The notes below the pieces were generated by a model. That model worked only from the letters and a program-made list of their open reading frames with translations, made no database searches and was not told where the DNA came from. 64,000 nt of DNA from an uncultured Clostridium sp. (GTDB taxonomy: Bacteria; Bacillota; Clostridia; Lachnospirales; Lachnospiraceae): positions 54,623 through 118,622 of the forward strand of contig CAZJAS010000002.1 in the NCBI GenBank assembly GCA_964544135.1. The letters are read 5' to 3'. Numbering within the stretch: the first letter of the stretch is position 1; each line of letters begins with the position of its first letter. A program made the position numbers and the translations under genes. Below, in pieces: positions 50,987 through 58,862 of the stretch.

Positions 50987-51880
50987 CTATCTTTGTCCCC
51001 AAATTATAAAAAGTGCTTCTTTGCCTCCTATAAAAATCGGAATACTACATATTTCTAAATCTTTAATCTCATAGTCGGTTTCAAAGAATATAGGGGGCAG
51101 TAATTGGGAATTGATTCCGCTCTTGCTTAATGCAGCGGCATAAAGGCCGTTCACACAGTTTAAAAACTCTGCAGCCGCATCCAGAACATCTTCTACTTCA
51201 AGTTCGAATTGATCCTTACAAAACTTGTGACTGAGAATAGAAAGCCCGCCGTCCACTTCTGCTAATCCTGTTACCAGTTCTTTAAATCCCATTATGGGCT
51301 TTGAATAACCCACTGTTTTTTGAAATGCTGATTCTTTTATGGAAATCTCATTTGAAAGAACCGCTTTTCCTATGTAAATCTGCCTATCAACACAGCGAAT
51401 CAATGTTCTTACCAGCACACCTGCAATATCCGCAAAGGCCATTGCTTCACGAGGCAGAAACATCGGTACAATCCGCTCCGGCTGATCGCTTCTTAAATCC
51501 TCCATCTCGGATTTGGTAAAACCATGTTGTTTCTGGAAGCTATCCATAACCTCTTCCAGCTCCTCCATCTCCAAAAGCTCTGCATCCACCAGTGCCTGTG
51601 CAAATGCCAGATAGGCATTACCTTGTTTTTTTAAAAGATTGCTAATCTGTATCTCTGTCAGGTATCCTTTTTCCACAGCAATATCGCCGAACCGTTTGTC
51701 CGTAATCGCTTGAAAACGATTTACCTCATCCGCCTGCTCAACTGTCATCATTCCTTCTATAACAGCAAGCAAACCCATTTTTACCCTGACCTCATTCAGC
51801 CTTGCAATCACCTTATCAAGTTGTTCCCCGGTAATCTTATTAATTTCTACAAGATAGTTTCCCAATATGTGCTCTACCAT
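50987..51880 (-). CDS. CheX/CheC-family phosphatase domain protein with N-terminal MshEN-like (T2SSE_N) repeat domain
   Basis: C-terminal DAAAEFLN...PP fits the CheC/CheX D-x3-E-x2-N-x(about 22)-P motif. N-terminal 24-aa motifs KMGLLAVIEGMMTVEQADEVNRFQ and RFGDIAVEKGYLTEIQISNLLKKQ are separated by 5 aa. Confidence 0.6.
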   Translation of the reverse strand: MVEHILGNYLVEINKITGEQLDKVIARLNEVRVKMGLLAVIEGMMTVEQADEVNRFQAITDKRFGDIAVEKGYLTEIQISNLLKKQGNAYLAFAQALVDAELLEMEELEEVMDSFQKQHGFTKSEMEDLRSDQPERIVPMFLPREAMAFADIAGVLVRTLIRCVDRQIYIGKAVLSNEISIKESAFQKTVGYSKPIMGFKELVTGLAEVDGGLSILSHKFCKDQFELEVEDVLDAAAEFLNCVNGLYAAALSKSGINSQLLPPIFFETDYEIKDLEICSIPIFIGGKEALFIIWGQR

Positions 51881-52007
51881 AGCCTTCTCCCTTCTTCCCT
51901 AACAATAAAGAATTTTTCTTTATTCGTCATTAATTACAATTATATACAATAACAATAAATATTTCCACCATATTGTATAAAATAAATTATTAAGTTGTTA
52001 AATAAGC

Positions 52008-52045
52008 AAAAAAATGCCGAAACAACAGAAGTTGTACCGGCATTT
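52008..52045 (-). terminator. intrinsic terminator downstream of the Cys-rich repeat gene
   Basis: aaatgccg...cggcattt stem with inner acaac/gttgt pairing; T-run follows on the minus strand. Confidence 0.65.
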
Positions 52046-52055
52046 CAAGCAATTT

Positions 52056-52493
52056 TTACTTCTCTTCACACCCACAGGTATCCCCATTTGAATAATTACT
52101 TCTGGTCCATGGAGGAGACATCATATTTCTGTCCCTATCGCAGTCTCTGCCATCACGGTTTCTGTCTCTGTCACAATCCCTGTCACAGTCTCTCTTACAG
52201 TCTCTGTCACAGTCTTTCTTACAGTCTCTATCGCAGTCTCTGTCACAGTCTCTATCGCAGTCTCTGTCACAGTCTCTGTCACAATTTTTATTGCAGTTAT
52301 TATTGCAGCCACAACCACTATTGCCGCCACATACATTACCGCCACAACCACTATTGCGGCTACATACTTTTCTGCAACATTTTTTCTTGCGACAACCTAC
52401 ATTACAACCGCAGCCGCTGTTACAGTTATTGCCTTCGGAAATTCCGCAACCGTTATTGCAACATGCTAGAAAAAGAATAATCCAACAACACAT
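52056..52493 (-). CDS. extremely cysteine-rich tandem-repeat protein (C-D-R-D repeats), no recognised family
   Basis: About 145 aa from ATG 52493 with about 30 Cys. Same strand as flanking genes and followed by a minus-oriented terminator. Track ORF extends to a TTG at 52547 that overlaps the upstream gene. Confidence 0.55.
   Translation of the reverse strand: MCCWIILFLACCNNGCGISEGNNCNSGCGCNVGCRKKKCCRKVCSRNSGCGGNVCGGNSGCGCNNNCNKNCDRDCDRDCDRDCDRDCDRDCKKDCDRDCKRDCDRDCDRDRNRDGRDCDRDRNMMSPPWTRSNYSNGDTCGCEEK
52137..52283. repeat. 12-nt in-frame tandem repeat array (consensus gtcacagtctct; encodes CDRD on the minus strand)
   Basis: Eight consecutive 12-nt units plus a 6-nt partial unit over 52182-52283, preceded by one further copy at 52137-52148 and degenerate copies over 52149-52181. 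Confidence 0.9.
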
Positions 52494-52518
52494 ATTACAT
52501 TCCCATTTCTGAATTGAT

Positions 52519-53082
52519 TTACTGTATCTTATTCTCTTCCCCTCCAAAATGTGACAATAGGAACTCTTTTTTTATAAATTTAAATGTCTGCTTTTCACCC
52601 AGATTTGAAAGCATGGTCAGAAGCATCTCAAGATTATTTCTTGTAAATTCATGTATGGGGGCCGGGTCCTTCCCTGACCTAAAATATTGCAGCGGTGCAT
52701 CATCTGAATAGTCTTCGCCCAAATATACTTTACAGGCTGCAATTCTATCCATAACCATTTCCGCAATATAACGCTTTGGCATTGGTGCAGGTGCCATACC
52801 GCCCTGTCCGCCTTTTAAAGAATAGTCTATCCAATATTCGTAATGATGCTTATTACGCCCCTTATGATGGAGCCAAGCGGTGGAATATCCATTTGATTCC
52901 CGCTCCGCATTATTGGGGCTTCTGTTTCCCTGATAATATTTAGCACCGACTATAAATTCACTGGGACTATATTTTGAAAGATCATGAAATAGCCCCTGCC
53001 AATATAAACCTACCGCAAAGCATCCTTTTAATACCAGCCATTTATGGTAGGTAATTGTTTTAAAGTGTTTCCACGCTTTCAT
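52519..53082 (-). CDS. conserved hypothetical protein, DUF5662-like (family assignment from memory)
   Basis: FHDLSKYSP and WLHHKGRNKHHYEYW motifs; overlaps the GlgX-like gene by 23 nt. Confidence 0.5.
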   Translation of the reverse strand: MKAWKHFKTITYHKWLVLKGCFAVGLYWQGLFHDLSKYSPSEFIVGAKYYQGNRSPNNAERESNGYSTAWLHHKGRNKHHYEYWIDYSLKGGQGGMAPAPMPKRYIAEMVMDRIAACKVYLGEDYSDDAPLQYFRSGKDPAPIHEFTRNNLEMLLTMLSNLGEKQTFKFIKKEFLLSHFGGEENKIQ

Positions 53083-54970
53083 GTTTTACTGCACTTCCCC
53101 TTCTCTTCCGACCACCTTTTTGCTTGATTTCCTTACTTTTAAATAGACAGATACACCTTTCGGGCATCCTTATTTTAAGCTGTTCTTCTACATCCCTCAG
53201 TTGTAATGTGTCGTTTTCTGAAGTCATGCATAATTCCCAACTCATCCCTTTTGGCAAATTGGGCATTGCAAAATCATGCTCTTCCCAATGCATATTATAT
53301 ACTACATAAAAGAAATCATCAGGCGTTTTTTTATCTTTATAGGCATATTTCCCACAATACATGATTCCAAGCTGTCTGCTGTAACCGGATGTATTTGGTT
53401 TCCAAGGAACCTCTCCGTGATAGGATAAATCAGGATAGCCACATGCCCCATAATCCATCATCCTAAGCTCTTTCTCCTGCCTGAGCACCGGATGCTCCTT
53501 CCTCAGAAGTATTAATTTTTGGGTAAAGTCAAATATTTCTTTTTTAGTATCCAAGTCTTTCCAATTTAACCAAGTAGTGATATTATCCTGGCAATAGGGA
53601 TTATTATTTCCCTCCTGTGAATTCCCAAACTCATCCCCCATAAACAATAGAGGAGTCGCCTGTGACAGAAAAAGTATCATCAGCGCATTCTTAATCTGCT
53701 TGATCCTAAGTGCCATAACCTTTTTTTTACGGGAACGGCCTTCCTGTCCGCAGTTCCAGCTGGCATTATATTCATTACCGTCCCGATTATCTTCTCCGTT
53801 TTTATCATTATGCTTTTGATCGTAAGAAACCAAATCCATGAGAGTAAAACCATCATAATTAGTCAAATAATTTATCTTGCCGCAACCCATGGGATTATAC
53901 CGCAAATGATACATGGCAGACGGTAATGTACCTTCTTCCCCTTTTAAAAAACGCCTCATGGCATACCGATAATCATCCTGATATTCCGCAATATAACGCA
54001 TGCCTGCAGCTCTTCCTTTTTCGGAATCTCTCATCAGCTCTGTTTTATTTTCGGAAAAATTGTAATACCAGAGCTTGGTTTTTGCAAGTGCGGGATCTTC
54101 GGCTAACACACCTGTATTAATATTTTCTCCCTTTAAATGAAAGCCATCCACATGGTAATTGATCACCCAGTATCGCAATATTTCGGGAATTTCTCTTTCC
54201 GGTACTTTCTTTGTAAAATAAAATTGTAAAACAACTTCTATCTTATTTTTATGCAATTCTTTTACCATATACTTAAACTCTGATAATGCATCCTTCGTAT
54301 AAGCATAACTGTTTTTGGGACTGTAATAATATCCTCCTGTATAGCCCCAATAATTAATTTTATTTTCTACAGGAATTGATGCATCCTCAAAAGGATTTTC
54401 AACCTTTTTTTTCTTTTCTATTTCGGGAAATTCATAGATTGGCTGCAACTCCAATGTTGTAATTCCTAACTCCTTTAAATAGGGGATTTTTTCTACAAGC
54501 CCACTAAAGGTTCCCCTTGCCTTTACCTTAGAGGATGCATGTTTTGTAAAACCTCTCACATGCAGACAATAGCATATACTTTGATCATACGGGATTCGCG
54601 GATTAATATCCTCCTTCCATTCACTGTCTCCTTTGGGAAAAAGTGCCGGTCTGATATTACCTGCAAAAGAGGGAATTTCTGCATAACGATATCCGCCAAG
54701 AAATGCCTTTCCCCTCACGTCCGTTATGAGTCTGTCTTCCTCATAAAAACAATAAGCCTTATCTTCCCGAGAAATACCGCTTATGTACATGCATTTAATA
54801 TTTCCAATGGTATATTCCTCAGCAAATGGAATTCTCTTCCATTCCTTCATCGTATCTTTAAAAAACAGAACAACCCCACAATCCGTTCTTGTACTCACAT
54901 AGGCAAAGTTTACACCTTCTTTATCTATATGTATCCCTAAAGGATATGGCATCCCTTTTGTGATATTCAT
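53060..54970 (-). CDS. GlgX/isoamylase-like GH13 protein with non-canonical catalytic residues (possible pseudoenzyme)
   Basis: Collinear with GlgX (YPLGI..GVNFA, HVRGFT, LRYWV..HVDGF, DGFTLMDLVSYDQKHN), but region II reads VDGFHLKGE instead of VDGFRFDLA. Confidence 0.7.
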   Translation of the reverse strand: MNITKGMPYPLGIHIDKEGVNFAYVSTRTDCGVVLFFKDTMKEWKRIPFAEEYTIGNIKCMYISGISREDKAYCFYEEDRLITDVRGKAFLGGYRYAEIPSFAGNIRPALFPKGDSEWKEDINPRIPYDQSICYCLHVRGFTKHASSKVKARGTFSGLVEKIPYLKELGITTLELQPIYEFPEIEKKKKVENPFEDASIPVENKINYWGYTGGYYYSPKNSYAYTKDALSEFKYMVKELHKNKIEVVLQFYFTKKVPEREIPEILRYWVINYHVDGFHLKGENINTGVLAEDPALAKTKLWYYNFSENKTELMRDSEKGRAAGMRYIAEYQDDYRYAMRRFLKGEEGTLPSAMYHLRYNPMGCGKINYLTNYDGFTLMDLVSYDQKHNDKNGEDNRDGNEYNASWNCGQEGRSRKKKVMALRIKQIKNALMILFLSQATPLLFMGDEFGNSQEGNNNPYCQDNITTWLNWKDLDTKKEIFDFTQKLILLRKEHPVLRQEKELRMMDYGACGYPDLSYHGEVPWKPNTSGYSRQLGIMYCGKYAYKDKKTPDDFFYVVYNMHWEEHDFAMPNLPKGMSWELCMTSENDTLQLRDVEEQLKIRMPERCICLFKSKEIKQKGGRKRRGSAVKHESVETL

Positions 54971-55100
54971 GGTTAAACATTCCCTTCTTATAAAAAATAA
55001 TAGCTATTTTGATATTATATCACATCCTCACCCACCTCTTCCATTCTATTTTAGAAAAACAGCAAAAGCTCTTAAGTAATTTAATTTTCTAATAAAACTA

Positions 55101-55129
55101 TTTGCACGCCGGGCAGGAACAAGTTATAA
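55101..55129 (+). promoter_or_regulatory. candidate sigma-A promoter of the DUF1292 gene
   Basis: TTGCAC-17 nt-TATAAT. Confidence 0.5.
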
Positions 55130-55157
55130 TAAGAAAAAAGCACAAAAGGAGACCGTT

Positions 55158-55481
55158 ATGGGTGAAAACGATTATGCTGATGAAGAAATGACTGTTGAAC
55201 TGGAATTAGAAAGTGGTGAACATGTAACATGTGCCATCATTACAATACTCACAGTCAATAAGAAGGATTATATCGTCCTCCTGCCTCTCGATGAAAACGG
55301 AGAAAATGCAGACGGAGAAGTATGGTTCTATGGTTATAAAGAAGATGAATCGGATACCAATATAGAGCCGGAGCTTAGATATATTGAGGATGATGATGAA
55401 TACGAAGCTGTTTCCGATGCTTTTGACGAGTTTCTTGATAATCAGGAATTTGACGAGCTGGTGGAAAGCGAAGAGGAATAA
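55158..55481 (+). CDS. DUF1292 family acidic protein
   Basis: VTCAIITILTVNKKDYIVLLPLDENGE...EVWFYGY...IEDDDEYEAVSDAFDEF pattern typical of DUF1292. Confidence 0.7.
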   Translation: MGENDYADEEMTVELELESGEHVTCAIITILTVNKKDYIVLLPLDENGENADGEVWFYGYKEDESDTNIEPELRYIEDDDEYEAVSDAFDEFLDNQEFDELVESEEE

Positions 55482-57331
55482 GTTTTATTGAGCGTGTTTA
55501 GAAATCTGGATGGCAGTCTTGGATGATCCTTTGTGCCTGTAAGGTATAAAATCTCCAAGGCTGCTTTAGCGCGTGTCATTCCTACATAAAAAAGCCTACG
55601 CTCCTCTTCCTCCGCTTCCTTACCGGGTGATTTTCCATAGGGTATCCTGCCCTCATTTACCCCGGGAATACATACATAAGAAAATTCAAGTCCCTTGCTT
55701 GCATGCATTGTCATAAGCTGTACACCCTCCCTGTTTTGGGAGATGTTACCTATCCTTACCTCTTCCTGCTTACTATAAGCAAGCCATTCCGATATTTGCT
55801 TAAATCCTTTTGCTTCTGATTGCACTTCATCCAGAAGCTCTTTCCATTCATCATATAATTCCTGTTTCGTTCCGGCTTTTCCCCGCAGCCAAATATCATA
55901 TCCTATTATTTTTCGTACAAAATTAATTGCTAAGAAGGGGGACAATCTTCCTATTTGAATCATCTGTTTTCTTAATAGTGCTACCGCTGCTGCAATCTCT
56001 TTTTTACCGCTATTCCTATATTGCTCTTCTATTTGCTCCAAATCAACTTCTTCTTCCCAAATGCTTTCCCTGCTGATATATCTGACCGGCTTATTCATGA
56101 TCTGCAGAAAAATCCGTCTCTCTCTTTCTCCTATTGCCAGCTTTAAATATGCGGCGATATCCTGTACCGCAAAATGGGCATAGCGGCTTTTGATTCCTTC
56201 CTTTAGTATATAAGGAATATTTTCCTTTGCTAGATGGGGGATCAGATACTCTATATCCCTGTTGGTCCTGAAAATAACAGCCATTTCATTCAGAGGAAGC
56301 TGTTTGGAAAGGGAAAGAATATGACTACTTAAATAGAGATATTGCTTTTCCCTGTCCGGAAAAGATTTGATGAGAACAGGCTTTATGTCAGCATATTGGT
56401 TTTCTGTTCCGGAAGCATACATCTTTTTAATAAATCTGTTTTTGTTTTCTATAATTACGGTGTTAGCCGCCAGAACAATTTCTTCTCTACTCCTGTAATT
56501 CGCCTCTAAATAAACTTTTTTTAGTCCCGGATAATCTTTTTCAAACTGCTGCATAATGCCGGGACTCGCACCTCTGAAACCATAAATTGACTGATCATCA
56601 TCTCCTACCACAAATAAATTATTTTGAGGCATAGCCAGCATTTTTAAGACCTCATATTGCACTCTATTGCTATCTTGGAATTCATCCACCAATAGATAGG
56701 TAAATCTTTTTTGCCATTTAGATAATATTGCCGGTTCTTTTTTAAACAGCTCCAAACAGCGTACCAGCATATCGTCAAAATCCATCTTACCAAGAGCTGC
56801 AGTCTGTTTCAGATAAATAGATTCATATCTTTCATAATCCGATTTTTCCAAATAGGCAGGAATCGGGAGCTCTTCCGGCTGAAATCCATTTTTGCGTAAG
56901 CTGATACAAGAAAGGATTTCATCTAATCCTTCCGGTTCTTTTTTATTCGTATTAATTTGGTCTTTTAAGATGGAATACAGGATACGGCGCTTTTCGCTTA
57001 TAGACAACAGGCAGTCGTTTCTGAAATGATAACGCTCCTGTAGGATATGATAATAGATTGCATGAAAGGTTCCGAAGGCTACGGGAAAAACTCCGCCTTT
57101 CATTTCTCTGATAAATCTATGCTGCATAGAAAGGGCAGCCGCTTTTGTATATGTAATTACTAATATGGAAGAAGGAGGCACTTTATATTGTTCTATGAGG
57201 TGCTTTACCCGTCCGATGAGCACCGTAGTCTTGCCGCTTCCCGGTCCGGCCAATATCATAGCCGGACCAAAGTGATGGCAAAGGGCTTCTTTTTGTGCCC
57301 GATTCATCTTATTTTCTACTATTTCAGGCAT
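55442..57331 (-). CDS. UvrD/PcrA/Rep-family ATP-dependent DNA helicase
   Basis: Walker A GPGSGKTT, motif [12 protein letters not shown], motif VI-like YVGMTRAK. Confidence 0.8.
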   Translation of the reverse strand: MPEIVENKMNRAQKEALCHHFGPAMILAGPGSGKTTVLIGRVKHLIEQYKVPPSSILVITYTKAAALSMQHRFIREMKGGVFPVAFGTFHAIYYHILQERYHFRNDCLLSISEKRRILYSILKDQINTNKKEPEGLDEILSCISLRKNGFQPEELPIPAYLEKSDYERYESIYLKQTAALGKMDFDDMLVRCLELFKKEPAILSKWQKRFTYLLVDEFQDSNRVQYEVLKMLAMPQNNLFVVGDDDQSIYGFRGASPGIMQQFEKDYPGLKKVYLEANYRSREEIVLAANTVIIENKNRFIKKMYASGTENQYADIKPVLIKSFPDREKQYLYLSSHILSLSKQLPLNEMAVIFRTNRDIEYLIPHLAKENIPYILKEGIKSRYAHFAVQDIAAYLKLAIGERERRIFLQIMNKPVRYISRESIWEEEVDLEQIEEQYRNSGKKEIAAAVALLRKQMIQIGRLSPFLAINFVRKIIGYDIWLRGKAGTKQELYDEWKELLDEVQSEAKGFKQISEWLAYSKQEEVRIGNISQNREGVQLMTMHASKGLEFSYVCIPGVNEGRIPYGKSPGKEAEEEERRLFYVGMTRAKAALEILYLTGTKDHPRLPSRFLNTLNKTYSSSLSTSSSNS

Positions 57332-58781
57332 TTTTCAGCTTTTCAATTCCTATTCTGATGCGTCTGCAGGATTCTTCCTTGCCCAGTATCTCCATAATTT
57401 CCGTAGCTCCTGCTGGTGTCATCTGTTTACCGGACACAGCGGTCCTGATCGGCCACATAACATAACCGTTCTTACAGCCCTTCTCCTCCACAAAGGAAAT
57501 TAATTTCTGATATAACGCATCGCTTGTATAATTTTCTTCCTCTTCCAATATCGGTAATAATTCGGTCAACACTTCCAAAGAGGAAGCCGTATCCGTTTTC
57601 ATTTTTTTATGGGTATACATAGTAATAGGATACTCCAGAAGTTCATTAAAGAAATCAACCTGCTCCTTAATATCCCAAAACACTTCGATTCTGGTCTTAA
57701 CCATTGCTGCAATTTTCTTTAAATCAAATCCATCCTTTAGACTCTCTTTTAAATAAGGCTCTGCCATTTGATAGAAAGTATCAAAATCCATTGCTTTTAG
57801 ATACTCACCATTCATCCATTTTAACTTTACAATATCAAAAACCGCCGGTGATTTACTGATTCTATGGTAATCAAAATCGGCAATCAACTCCTGTAAAGAG
57901 AAAATTTCCCGGTTATCCTCCGGGCTCCAGCCCAGTAGCGCAATATAGTTTACAATAGCCTCTGCTAAAAAACCCTGTTCCAATAAATCCTCAAATGAAG
58001 CATGTCCGCTTCTTTTTGAAAGCTTCTTATGATTTTCATCTGTAATCAAAGGTAAATGCACATAAACAGGAACTTGCCAGCCAAATGCTTCATAAAGCCT
58101 TTGATACTTAGGTGAGGAGGACAAATATTCATTTCCCCTTACCACATGGGTAATATTCATCGTATGGTCATCCACCACATTTGCAAAATTGTAGGTAGGA
58201 TATCCGTCGGATTTCATTAAAATCATATCATCCAATTCACTATTACTAACTGTAATATCACCATAAAGCTCATCATGAAAGGTGGTTGTCCCTTCCGTGG
58301 GATTATTCTGTCTGATCACAAAAGGAATCTTTTGCTCCAGCTTCTTATTTACTTCTTCATGGGAAAGAGAGAGGCAGTGCTTGTCATATGTCATAATCTC
58401 CTTGCCCTCTACCACTTCTGTTTTTAATGTTGAAAGCCTCTCCTTATCACAAAAACAGTAATATGCCTCTCCCCTTTCGACCAATTCCTTTGCATATTTC
58501 ATATAGATACCGGTCTTCATACGCTCACTTTGCACATAGGGGCCAAATCCACCGTCTTTATCGGGTCCTTCATCATGTATCAGTCCCGTCTGCTCCAATG
58601 TACGGTAAATGATTTCAGTGGCTCCTTCCACAAAACGTTCTTGATCCGTATCTTCAATGCGCAGCATAAAATCACCGCCCGCATGCTTGGCAATCAAAAA
58701 TTCATATAATGCAGAACGCAGATTACCCACATGCATTTTTCCTGTGGGACTGGGCGCATACCTTGTTCTGATTTTCGTCAT
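57324..58781 (-). CDS. gltX: glutamate--tRNA ligase
   Basis: [19 protein letters not shown] (HIGH-type), KLSKRSG (KMSKS). Confidence 0.9.
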   Translation of the reverse strand: MTKIRTRYAPSPTGKMHVGNLRSALYEFLIAKHAGGDFMLRIEDTDQERFVEGATEIIYRTLEQTGLIHDEGPDKDGGFGPYVQSERMKTGIYMKYAKELVERGEAYYCFCDKERLSTLKTEVVEGKEIMTYDKHCLSLSHEEVNKKLEQKIPFVIRQNNPTEGTTTFHDELYGDITVSNSELDDMILMKSDGYPTYNFANVVDDHTMNITHVVRGNEYLSSSPKYQRLYEAFGWQVPVYVHLPLITDENHKKLSKRSGHASFEDLLEQGFLAEAIVNYIALLGWSPEDNREIFSLQELIADFDYHRISKSPAVFDIVKLKWMNGEYLKAMDFDTFYQMAEPYLKESLKDGFDLKKIAAMVKTRIEVFWDIKEQVDFFNELLEYPITMYTHKKMKTDTASSLEVLTELLPILEEEENYTSDALYQKLISFVEEKGCKNGYVMWPIRTAVSGKQMTPAGATEIMEILGKEESCRRIRIGIEKLKNA

Positions 58782-58862
58782 ATCTTCCTCCGTTCCGGGT
58801 TTTATCCCTGCATGTCACTATTGCTCATTGTAAAATATTTCCTATGAAATGGCAATGTAAAT

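Noticed and set aside
52137-52283. Possible CRISPR-like or satellite array
   Set aside because: The 12-nt units are contiguous with no spacers, lie inside an ORF and keep the reading frame. This is a coding tandem repeat, not a CRISPR array, and no cas genes are in the window.
52056-52493. Cys/Gly-rich product as a TOMM/heterocycloanthracin-like or other RiPP precursor
   Set aside because: No cyclodehydratase, radical-SAM maturase, leader-peptidase or exporter genes lie nearby. I kept it only as a low-probability alternative within the finding.
51995-52512. Three other long ORFs across the Cys-rich repeat region (51995..52480 +, 52291..52512 +, 52121..52351 -)
   Set aside because: These are frame and strand shadows of a low-complexity 12-nt repeat. 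Only the 52056..52493 minus frame matches the strand of the neighbouring genes and is followed by a correctly oriented terminator. Their status can only be settled by conservation analysis.
58782-58862. T-box or other leader upstream of gltX; likewise upstream of leuB (40616-40686), serC (30924-30998) and potA (46555-46777)
   Set aside because: The leaders upstream of gltX, leuB and serC are too short (about 70-80 nt) for a T-box or riboswitch. The potA region is about 220 nt. In none of the four did I see a specifier/antiterminator pair or a conserved riboswitch core. An Rfam scan would be needed to exclude small elements.
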